From assembly GCA_965247115.1 (NCBI GenBank), contig CBDFGR010000003.1, positions 32,001 to 96,000 of the forward strand: a stretch of 64,000 nt of DNA, in the 5' to 3' direction. Positions 29,158 to 37,346 of this stretch are shown in pieces. The notes beneath the pieces are model-generated. The model saw only the letters and a program-made list of their open reading frames with translations. It was not told the origin of the DNA and made no database searches. A program made the position numbers and the translations under genes. This stretch comes from Myxococcota bacterium. Lineage in GTDB: Bacteria > Myxococcota_A > UBA9160 > SZUA-336. Each line of letters begins with the position of its first letter. Position 1 is the stretch's first letter.

Positions 29158-29456
29158 ATCGCGGACTACGACAGCGAGCTTTACAGCATGACCGAGCTCT
29201 GCGAGCGCTTCGCGTGAGTCGCGAGACCAACGACAAGTGGATCCGACGCTACCGTACTGAAGGAGCTGCGGGGTTGGAGGACCGGAGTCGAGGTCGCTCG
29301 GTCGCGACCATGAGGAAGACCGGAAGGTCTTTCGGGTAGACCGGGCTCCTGCGAGCCCGTGTCTCGAAGCCAAGGACATCAAGGGAACAGAGAAAGAAGA
29401 CAACCGAGTGTTACCCATGTTGCCGGTCTAACCGTTACCCATGTCCCGGTTGAACA
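29158..29456 (+). mobile_element. IS481-family remnant (frameshifted N-terminal HTH plus right end; DDE core deleted)
   Basis: IADYDSELYSMTELCERF/(frameshift ~29212)/VSRETNDKWIRRYRTEGAAGLEDRSR; terminal repeats GTTACCCATGT at 29410-29420 and 29434-29444, ending ...TGAACA at 29456. Confidence 0.78.
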
Positions 29457-29525
29457 AAGGGAGGTCCGGTCCTGGAACATGGTTTCAGGCCGCTCCCGAG
29501 AACCTCTTTCAAGGCTGCTTCGACG

Positions 29526-30503
29526 CTAGCGGTACGTTCCCGCCACGCGGGCGCGTTGCTGGATCAACGAGAGCACGACGTCGAGAATTGGCGTGGGAAG
29601 GCCGACGAGGCGGCCCATCTCCTGAATGGCGGTCACGAGGGCGTCGATTTCCATTGGGCGGCCGCGCTCGAGGTCCTGGAGCATGGAGGTCTTGTGGGCG
29701 CCGACCGCCTCCGCTCCGGCAATCCGCTTGTCGACGTCGAGGCCGAAGCGGACGCCGAGCTTCTCCCCGATCGCTTGCGCCTCGAGCATCATGGAGCGAG
29801 CGATGCTGCGCGTCCCGGGATCCGTCGCGATCACGTCGAGCGGCGCGTGCGTCAGCGCGCTGAGCGGGTTGAAGCAGAGGTTTCCCCAGAGCTTGAGCCA
29901 GATCTCGTCCCGGATACGAGGACGCACCGGCGCGCGGAACCCAGCGCCGATCAGTGCCTCGCTGAGCCGCCCGACACGCGGCGTCCGTTCACCACTCGGC
30001 TCACCCAGCGTGAAGCGGTTGCCACCCAGGTGCTCGATCACGCCGGGCTCGAGAACCTCGCAGGCTGGATAGACGACACAGCCAATCGCTCGCTCGGGCC
30101 CGATTCCCCGCCACTGCACGCCGCCCGGATCGACGCTCTCCAGCCGATGATCGGTCCAAGGTCCCTCGAGCTCGTGGAAGTACCACCAGGGCACTCCGTT
30201 TGCGGCGGTCACGACGGCCGTGTCCGGTCCGAGCAGCGCCTGCATGTCGTCCACGACCGCTGGCACAGAATGCGCCTTGAGTGTGACGATCACGCAGTCC
30301 TGAACGCCGATCTCGCCGGGGTCGTCACTGCAGCGGGGGCGCGCGACGCGCTCGTCGCCGTCGACGACGAGCCGCAGGCCGTCGCTCCGCATGGCCTCGA
30401 GGTGAGGCCCGCGAGCGATCAGAGTCACGTCCTGACCGGCGAGCGAGAGCTGCCCGCCGAGGTAACCGCCGATCGCGCCCGCGCCGTAGACGCAGATCCT
30501 CAT
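29526..30503 (-). CDS. Ketopantoate-reductase family protein (PanE2 / oxalyl-CoA reductase-like)
   Basis: VYGAGAIGG, LKAH, NGVPWWYF, IW.KLWGN..FNP.SALT, HKTSMLQDLE.GRPME. Confidence 0.88.
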   Translation of the reverse strand: MRICVYGAGAIGGYLGGQLSLAGQDVTLIARGPHLEAMRSDGLRLVVDGDERVARPRCSDDPGEIGVQDCVIVTLKAHSVPAVVDDMQALLGPDTAVVTAANGVPWWYFHELEGPWTDHRLESVDPGGVQWRGIGPERAIGCVVYPACEVLEPGVIEHLGGNRFTLGEPSGERTPRVGRLSEALIGAGFRAPVRPRIRDEIWLKLWGNLCFNPLSALTHAPLDVIATDPGTRSIARSMMLEAQAIGEKLGVRFGLDVDKRIAGAEAVGAHKTSMLQDLERGRPMEIDALVTAIQEMGRLVGLPTPILDVVLSLIQQRARVAGTYR

Positions 30504-32032
30504 TCGGTGAGGCCGAGCTTCTCGGCCAGTCCGATCCGCTGCAGCTTGCCCGTAGCCCCCTTCGGGATCTCAGCGAGGAAGACGATCTTGCGCGGGACCT
30601 TGAAGTCCGCCAGGCGGTCCGCAGCAAAGCGACGGATCTCGCGCGCCTCCGCTTCTGCACCCTCGCGCAGGACCACGGCGGCGGCCACCTCCTCTCCAAG
30701 CTTGTCGTGCGGCATGGCAAAGGTCACGACCTGCTCGATCGCCGGGTGGTCCATCAGGGCGTCGTCCACCTCGCGGGGCGAGATCTTCTCGCCGCCGCGG
30801 TTGATGATCTCCTTGAGCCGCCCAGTGATGGCGACGTAGCCCTCTTCGTCCATCACGCCCTGGTCGCCGGTGCGAAACCAGCCACTCGTGAAGCACGCCG
30901 CGTTGGCCTCCGGGTTGTTCTCGTAGCCCGCCGTCACGTTGGGGCCGCGAATCACGAGCTCTCCCACCTGTCCCGCCTCTAGCAGCGTGCCCTTCGCATC
31001 CATCACCGCAACCTCCGGGCCCGCCGCGACACCCACGCTGCCGGGCTTCCTCGGTAGGGGCGGCAGCGGGTTGCTGGTCATCTGATGAGCCGCCTCGGTC
31101 ATCGCGTAGGCTTCGACGACCGGAGCCCCGAACGTCTCCTCCAGCGCCTTCATGACCTGGGGCGGGAGCGAAGAGGACGACGAGCGAACGAAGCGCAGCC
31201 GGGTGCCCGCGATGATCGCCGCGTTCCGCTGCGCGCGGACAAGCACGGCCTGATGCATGGTCGGTACGGCCGTGTACCAGCTCGGTCTGGCATCCCCGAG
31301 CCAGGCGAAGAAGCGGAGCGCGTTGAAGCCCGGCGTGCAAAATACGCTTGCCCCCGCCGAGACGGACGCGAGGACCGCGGCCATCAAGCCGTGGATGTGG
31401 AACAGGGGCATGACGTTCAGACAACGATCGCTGGCCCCCAGGGCGAGGGTGCGACGGATGTGATGGGCGGAGGCGCACACGTTCGCGTGACTGAGCGGCA
31501 CGATCTTCGGGCGCGACGTGGTGCCGGAGGTGTGGAGGATGAGCGCAACGTCGTCGCTCTCGGCCATCCCCCCCGCTCGCATCAGAGGTGTCGCGGGGTC
31601 GGGCCCGATGAGCTCGAAACGGCCAGCGGGGTCACCCGGGTCGGACACGAGCTCGAGCACGGGGAGCTCCAGGGCGGATGCAGCGTCGAGCGCGGCGGAC
31701 GTGCTGCCGCGCTCGACGAGCAGCGCGCGAGCGCGAAGGTCGGACAGGTAGAACTCGAACTCTTCTCTGCGATACGCCGGGTTCAGGGGCGCCGTGGTCG
31801 CGCCGGACGCGATGCTGACGAAGGCGCTGGCCATCTCGGGCCCGTTCGGGAGCACGATCGCGACTCGCTCGTTGCGGCCAACGCCGAGGCGGTTCAGCGC
31901 GGCGACCGTGCGTTCGCCCTGGGAGCGCAGGTCGCGATAGGTGAGCGGCTCGCGCTCGGGAGCCAGCAGTGCCGCCGCGGCGTCGCCGCCCGCAGCGAGC
32001 AGCTCAGGGATCGTGGAGGGTTGGGCCTTCAT
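30500..32032 (-). CDS. Acyl-CoA ligase (oxalate-CoA ligase AAE3/Pcs60-like)
   Basis: LHTSGTTSRPKIVPL, MPLFHIHGL, WYTAVPTMHQ, EAYAMTEAAHQM.SNPLP, FRTGD, KELI-type KEIINRGGEKISP, PKGATGK.QR. Confidence 0.88.
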   Translation of the reverse strand: MKAQPSTIPELLAAGGDAAAALLAPEREPLTYRDLRSQGERTVAALNRLGVGRNERVAIVLPNGPEMASAFVSIASGATTAPLNPAYRREEFEFYLSDLRARALLVERGSTSAALDAASALELPVLELVSDPGDPAGRFELIGPDPATPLMRAGGMAESDDVALILHTSGTTSRPKIVPLSHANVCASAHHIRRTLALGASDRCLNVMPLFHIHGLMAAVLASVSAGASVFCTPGFNALRFFAWLGDARPSWYTAVPTMHQAVLVRAQRNAAIIAGTRLRFVRSSSSSLPPQVMKALEETFGAPVVEAYAMTEAAHQMTSNPLPPLPRKPGSVGVAAGPEVAVMDAKGTLLEAGQVGELVIRGPNVTAGYENNPEANAACFTSGWFRTGDQGVMDEEGYVAITGRLKEIINRGGEKISPREVDDALMDHPAIEQVVTFAMPHDKLGEEVAAAVVLREGAEAEAREIRRFAADRLADFKVPRKIVFLAEIPKGATGKLQRIGLAEKLGLTE

Positions 32033-32119
32033 CGCAGCCGGAGTTTACAACGCCTCCGCCAACACTCAGGGTGCGTCGCTCTTTCGCAGCCGCGCGATCT
32101 CTTCCCAGGAGACGCCGGC

Positions 32120-32500
32120 CCGAAGACGTGAGCCGCCTCGCGATGCAGGAGGCCGCCGTGACCATCCGGGACATCGACGGGGTTCTCGTCGACCCCGTCA
32201 ACGAGGGAGGGATGCTGCTGCCCTCCCCAAGTGCGGGAGCGTCAAGCTGGAGTGGAAGGAGGTCAGCGGTCGCGGGATCCTGTAGAGCTTCACGATAGCG
32301 AGGCGCCCTACTGCCCGCGATTTCGCGGACAAGGTTCCCTACGCGATCGCGATCGGGGAGCTCGAGGAAGGTCCGCACGTGGCCACGAACGTGGTGGACT
32401 GCGATCCCGAGGCGCTCCGCATCGGTCAACCCCTGGAGGCGTATTCGAGGACGTCTCGGAGGTGATCAGCCTGGTTCACTTCCGTCCGGTGGACACCTAG
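32120..32500 (+). pseudogene. Collapsed thiolase + DUF35 pseudogene
   Basis: LAMQEAAVTIRDIDGVLV (thiolase N-terminal part) joined near 32225 to PKCGSVKLEWKEVSGRGIL*SFTI...PYAIAIGELEEGPHVATNVV...LRIGQPLEA/VFE (DUF35). TAG at 32283-32285, frameshift near 32441. Confidence 0.75.
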
Positions 32501-32613
32501 GACGGACTCGGGGGATCACTCGAGAGAAGGGGCCCAACTGACCAGCCGAACACGGTTTCTCTGAGCGAGGTGCAGACGAACACAGTACACTCGCGAGTGG
32601 GGGAGGAACAGAG

Positions 32614-32967
32614 ATGCTTCGACAGACCGCTGCCTTGACGGCCGTCCTGGTGCTCGCGGGGTGCGCCGGGAGGGAGACCTTCTGGACCAAGCAGGACGCT
32701 TCCGAGCGTCAGTTCCAGGCCATCAGCGGGCGCTGCGCGCAGTGGGCCAGCGAAGAGGCGGCGGAGCGGGTGGGCAGCGGCAGCAAGGACACCTGCGTGT
32801 TCGACAGCCGCTACGGCACAGTCTGTGGGCGGCCGCGCGACACACAGGAGGCCGCCATGAGGCGAGAGATGAGGAGGGAAGACAGGGCGAGGCGGCTCTG
32901 GGGCCAGTGCATGGAGGACCGCGGCTGGACGTCGAACCACGACGGTGTCGGCTACCAGCGGACGTAG
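32614..32967 (+). CDS. Small Cys-containing lipoprotein, hypothetical
   Basis: Lipobox VLAG-C; four further Cys, CMEDRGW end motif; purine-rich RBS. Confidence 0.75.
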   Translation: MLRQTAALTAVLVLAGCAGRETFWTKQDASERQFQAISGRCAQWASEEAAERVGSGSKDTCVFDSRYGTVCGRPRDTQEAAMRREMRREDRARRLWGQCMEDRGWTSNHDGVGYQRT

Positions 32968-32999
32968 TATGCTGGGGCTACCAGCTGGAGGAACTACGA

Positions 33000-33476
33000 T
33001 TGGCAGACGAGCTTCCTGACCTGACACCGGAGATGAAGGCCGCGATCGGCACCTCCGGGCCCCCCGGAACTCTCGAAGTGACGAGCCAGGGATCCCGAAC
33101 CTTTGCCCGCGCCGTCGGCTATACGGATCGGATCTACTACGACGAGGCGTATGCGAAGTCCAAGGGGCACCGGGCGCTGCCCGCCCCTCCCGGCTTCCTC
33201 GGCATGCCCGTGTACAACCCCTTCGCTCCCCGCGAGGAGGAGAGTCCGCAGTTCTCGACCCCGTTCAAGCGGATGCTGAACGGCGGGACCGAGGTCGAGC
33301 CGATCGAGCAGGTGTACGCCGGAGATGTGCTGGAGCAGGTGACGACGCTGGCGGACCTTCAGCTGCGCAAGGGCCGCCTCGGCCAGATGCTGGTGCGCAC
33401 CGCGGAGACGGTCTACACACGAGCGTCCGACGGAGCGGTGGTCGCGAAGATGCGCGGGACCGGGATCTCATACTAG
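33000..33476 (+). CDS. MaoC N-terminal (FAS1-like hot-dog) dehydratase subunit
   Basis: FARAVG..D.IY.DE.YA...G...PAPPGF, LNGGTE.E....YAGD; GGAGG RBS before TTG. Confidence 0.85.
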   Translation: MADELPDLTPEMKAAIGTSGPPGTLEVTSQGSRTFARAVGYTDRIYYDEAYAKSKGHRALPAPPGFLGMPVYNPFAPREEESPQFSTPFKRMLNGGTEVEPIEQVYAGDVLEQVTTLADLQLRKGRLGQMLVRTAETVYTRASDGAVVAKMRGTGISY

Positions 33477-33487
33477 GAGCGGCAGCG

Positions 33488-33919
33488 ATGACAGACGAGC
33501 AACTCTTCTGGGACGACATCAGCGAGGGCCAAGAGGTCTCTCTCCAGGAGCCGATGAGCTCCCAGCGCCTTGTGATCTGGGCCGCCGCTTCCGGCGACTT
33601 CTACCAGATCCACTACGACGACGGCTTTGCGAAGGGGAACGACCTTCCGGACATCATCGTGCACGGAGCACTCAAGGGCATGCTGGTGGGACGATTGCTG
33701 GACGAGTGGAAGGGATCAGAGGGGCGCATCGTGAACTGGGGGGTCTCGTACCGAGGCATGGACGCCGCGCGCCAGGACCTGCGCGTCTGGGCGAAGGTCA
33801 CGAAGAAGTACGAGGAGGGAGGCGAGGCTCGCGTGGACCTCAACGTGGGCGTCACCCAACCCAACGGGACCGAGACGACGCCGGGCACCGCTACCGTCGC
33901 TCTACCGAAGCGGGTCTAG
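33488..33919 (+). CDS. MaoC-family dehydratase
   Basis: WAAASGDFYQIHYD..FA...LPDIIVHG hydratase motif. Confidence 0.9.
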   Translation: MTDEQLFWDDISEGQEVSLQEPMSSQRLVIWAAASGDFYQIHYDDGFAKGNDLPDIIVHGALKGMLVGRLLDEWKGSEGRIVNWGVSYRGMDAARQDLRVWAKVTKKYEEGGEARVDLNVGVTQPNGTETTPGTATVALPKRV

Positions 33920-33941
33920 GCCGAAGCGGGCCTGGGCCGAA

Positions 33942-35000
33942 TCAGGCCTGGGCCAAAGCGGGCGCGATCCAGGTCTGCAAGCCGGCCAGCTCGGGCTCCA
34001 GCTCGGGGGCGCTGGCGAGAGGCGTGAACTGCCTTGCAAACTCCGGGTTCGCACGCCGGGCGTGCTTCACGATCGCGTCCGTCGCGACGATGCCGCCCGG
34101 CGGCGCGAGCTTGAGGATCCGGGCGGCGATGTGGACGCTCGGGCCGACGAGCGACACCGTCTGGCGGAAGCGCGTTCCCACGATGCCAATCACGACGGGA
34201 CCCATGTCGAGCGACAGGCGAGGCAGCGGGAGTGCGGGTAGCTCGACCCGCCGGCGCAGCAGCTCGTCGCGCAGACGAAAGGCGGCGGGCACCGCCTCCC
34301 CCGCTCCTTCGAAGTAGAGGAGCGCACCGTCGCCCTCGAAGTCGTGCACGTCTCCGCAATGGTATGCGCCCACGTCGATCACGATCTCCATGAACGCCTG
34401 CATGATCTCGAGGACCTCTTCGGCGGAGCGGCCCAGAACGAGGCGCATGGACGAGACCATGTCGACGAACAGGGCCACCATCTCGCGCTTCAGCGGTAGC
34501 TCGTGACCCTCGAGGAAGGTCTGTCCCGCGATGCGCGGCAGGAAGGCAGAGTCGGCCTGGATCCCCGCTGCCTCGGGGGCGCGGAACATCTCGGCCAGCG
34601 GAACTTCCTTCCACGCGGGTCCCGGCGCCGGAATCTCGCTGGAGACGGGCTCGAGGGGATAACCAGCCTCGATCCAGGCCTCGAGCCCTCCGCGCAGCGC
34701 CGCGACGTCTCGGTAGCCGTCCTGAACCAACCAGTTCGCGACCCGCGAACTCGAGGCCTCGCCTGTTCAGAGGCAGTAGGCGACCAGGGGACGGTCTCGC
34801 GGGGCGACCGGCAACAGGATCGGATCGCGATCGAGAGCGAAGGGAAGTGCACCGGGAATCCCACCGTGCTCACCGAAGCCCGCTGCGCGCCGCACATCCA
34901 GGAGGAGCGGCGCGGGCGGCGTCTCGAGTGAGGACTTCAGCTCTTCGGCCCCGATGCGTCGAAACTTTCCAGGGGAAACGGCGTCGGTGGAGGTCATCAC
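33942..35000 (-). CDS. Predicted selenoprotein: Sec-rhodanese domain fused to a class III nucleotide cyclase (UGA/Sec at 34767-34769)
   Basis: ORFs 34767-35000 and 33942-34730 are in frame and separated only by TGA. Read-through gives LLLDVR...GIPGA...LVAYCL-U-TGEASSSRVANWLVQDGYRDVAALRGGLEAW (complete rhodanese), then ALFVDMVSS...FEGDG...GPVVIG..G...VGPSVHIAARI (cyclase). SECIS-like hairpin downstream. Confidence 0.82.
34733..34751 (-). promoter_or_regulatory. Candidate bacterial SECIS element
   Basis: mRNA after the UGA: 15 nt spacer, then AGUUCGCG-GGU-CGCGAACU, a perfect 8-bp stem whose G-initiated apical loop starts 24 nt after the UGA. Confidence 0.75.
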
Positions 35001-35093
35001 CTGAGCCTAGCACCGACCGGCCGCTTCGCCGCACGTCTCGAACCCGGCTCGCCTATACTGGGCACCGTTCTCTACTGATTCCACGGAGGAGCC

Positions 35094-35924
35094 ATGAGCG
35101 AGAGTCGCAGTATCGATACCGGTACGGAGGATCTTCTGGCGCGCGTCGAAGACCGAGTCGCAATCCTCACGATGAACCGCCCTGACCGCCGGAATGCCAT
35201 GTCCAACGGCATGATTGTGGGCCTCGGGCATGCGCTGGCCGAAGTCGAGGTGGCGGATGACGTGGGTTGCGTGGTGCTCACGGGCTCGGGTGGGGCATTC
35301 TCCGCCGGCGGAGACGTGAAGGGCATGGCCAGCGCCGGTGACGGCAGCGCCGCGCCTGTGGGCTTCGACGAGCGGGTACACCTCCAGCGCCTGAACCACC
35401 GCGCCACCTCCGGTCGGATCTACGAGATGCCCAAGCCGGTGATCGCGTCCCTACCGGGGGCTGCGGCTGGCGCAGGTCTCTCCCTCGCGCTGGCCTGTGA
35501 TCTGCGCATCGCGTCCGAGCGCGCGATCCTGACCACAGCGTTCGCCAGGGTGGGCTTCAGCGGCGACTTCGGTGGAACCTGGTTCCTCACCCGACTCGTG
35601 GGCGCGGCCAAGGCTCGCGAGCTCTATTACCTGTCTGAGCGCGTGGACGCGAAGGAGGCGGAGCGGCTCGGGCTGCTGAACTGGGTGGTGCCCGACGACG
35701 CGCTCGAGGAGCGCACGCTGGCACTAGCGCGCCAGCTCGCCAGCGGCCCCACCGTCGCGTACCGCTACATGAAGGAAAACATCCGACGTGCCATGAGCGA
35801 GGATCTGTTCGAGTGCCTGGACCTCGAGGCGACCCACCACATCCACACGGGACGCACGGAAGATCACCGCGAGGCGGCGAAGGCCTTCGTCGAGAAGCGA
35901 ACGCCCGTGTTCAAGGGACGCTAG
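35094..35924 (+). CDS. Enoyl-CoA hydratase/isomerase family
   Basis: MNRPDRRNA, AFSAGGDV, GAAAGAGLSLALACDLR, GDFGGTWFL. Confidence 0.93.
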   Translation: MSESRSIDTGTEDLLARVEDRVAILTMNRPDRRNAMSNGMIVGLGHALAEVEVADDVGCVVLTGSGGAFSAGGDVKGMASAGDGSAAPVGFDERVHLQRLNHRATSGRIYEMPKPVIASLPGAAAGAGLSLALACDLRIASERAILTTAFARVGFSGDFGGTWFLTRLVGAAKARELYYLSERVDAKEAERLGLLNWVVPDDALEERTLALARQLASGPTVAYRYMKENIRRAMSEDLFECLDLEATHHIHTGRTEDHREAAKAFVEKRTPVFKGR

Positions 35925-35940
35925 GTCCGGGAGAGAAGCC

Positions 35941-36765
35941 ATGTACGACGACATTATCTACGATGTGAAGGAGCCGGTGGCGACGATCGAGTTCAACCGG
36001 CCGGACAGACTGAACGCCCTCACCTACCCGATGCTCGACGAGTTGCGCCACGCGCTCGCACAGGCGGAGCAGGACGACAGGGTCATCGGCATCGTCCTGA
36101 CCGGCGCCGGGCGCGGGTTCAGCGCCGGGATAGACTTGCAGAGCCTTGGCGAGACCGCGGCCGCCGGACAAGTCGTCCCTGGGGCAACGAAGCTCGAGGC
36201 CGATCCCGGCGACAAGGAGATGGGACCCGAGTTCCGGGAGGGCTACGGCTTTCTGCTCTCGATCCGCAAGCCGATCCTGGCCGCCGTGAACGGGCCCTGC
36301 GCGGGACTGGGCTTCTCGATCGCCATGTTCTGCGATCTCCGCTTCGCATCGGAGAAAGCCATGTTCACCACCTCTTTCGCGCAACGAGGGCTCGTTGCCG
36401 AGCACGGCGTGAGCTGGATCCTGCCCCGGCTGCTCGGGAGCGCGCGGGCGCTGGACATCTTGTGGAGCTCGCGCAAGCTCGATGCCTCAGAGGCCGAGCG
36501 GCTCGGCCTGGTGAGCCGCGTGGTCGCGCCAGAGCAGCTACTGCCCGAGGCACGCAGCTATCTCGAACACCTGGCCGAGAACTGCTCGCCGACCTCGCTC
36601 ATGGTGATGAAGCAGCAGGTGTACCGACACATGATGCAGCCCCTGGGCGACGCCATGCGCGAGACAAACAAGCTCATCGCCGAGAGCCTCAAGCGGCCGG
36701 ACTTCACGGAGGGAGTGAGGTCGTTTCTGGAGCGTCGCCCGCCCCGCTTCGAGAAGTTGGGCTAA
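35941..36765 (+). CDS. Enoyl-CoA hydratase/isomerase family
   Basis: NRPDRLNA, GFSAGIDL, KPILAAVNGPCAG, AEHGVSWILPRL. Confidence 0.93.
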   Translation: MYDDIIYDVKEPVATIEFNRPDRLNALTYPMLDELRHALAQAEQDDRVIGIVLTGAGRGFSAGIDLQSLGETAAAGQVVPGATKLEADPGDKEMGPEFREGYGFLLSIRKPILAAVNGPCAGLGFSIAMFCDLRFASEKAMFTTSFAQRGLVAEHGVSWILPRLLGSARALDILWSSRKLDASEAERLGLVSRVVAPEQLLPEARSYLEHLAENCSPTSLMVMKQQVYRHMMQPLGDAMRETNKLIAESLKRPDFTEGVRSFLERRPPRFEKLG

Positions 36766-36773
36766 AGACGGCG

Positions 36774-37244
36774 TCAATCACCAGAGCTGGCGAAGTGTAT
36801 GAGCCCCTCCGCCAGGACTACGCGGTTGCGCGCCCCGGCGGCCCAGCGGTTCGGGACCGAACCTGCCTCGAGACAGGTCGGGGCCCCCGCCTCGAGCGGC
36901 GCCCACTCCGGCGAGAACGGAGAGTCGATGAAGTCGGGCAGCACGAGGCCGAGACGGATGCCCTGGCACTCGACAGCCTCCTAGGGCGGGCTCGTCAGCC
37001 CGACCGACTCGAGTGACGGCGCGCGAAAGCGCGCGTAGGCCAGGTAGCCCTGCATGCCGCTGGCCGAGACGGCCTGCAGGTCGCTCACGGAGTCGGGGAT
37101 CGGGCTCGCGATCACGGCCTCGAAGACCTCCTCCGGATCCGTCCACCCGCCCCGCATCTGCGACTGGATGGCCCAGTACGTGTAGAGGACGAACGCGACC
37201 AGCAGAAACCCCACGCACCCGACGATTCGCGCGAGTTGGCGCAC
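36774..37244 (-). pseudogene. Hypothetical membrane-anchored protein with an internal TAG (36981-36983)
   Basis: N-terminal TM helix. After LTSPP* the same frame stays open for 68 codons (EAVECQGIRL...SPEWAPL...TCLE...GLIHFASSGD) to TGA at 36774, filling the gap to the convergent gene. Confidence 0.55.
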
Positions 37245-37346
37245 CGAGACACCAGTAGCGGGCCTACGGCAGGACTCAAGAGCGGATCACAGGGATCGCG
37301 TGCTCGATAGCCGCTCCTCCCGTCCGTGGCGTATCATCTCCCGATC

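Noticed and set aside
34767..35000. Stand-alone 77-aa protein, or a simple nonsense pseudogene
   Set aside because: The stop falls exactly at the second-Cys position of the rhodanese loop and is followed by a SECIS-like hairpin, so Sec read-through explains it better.
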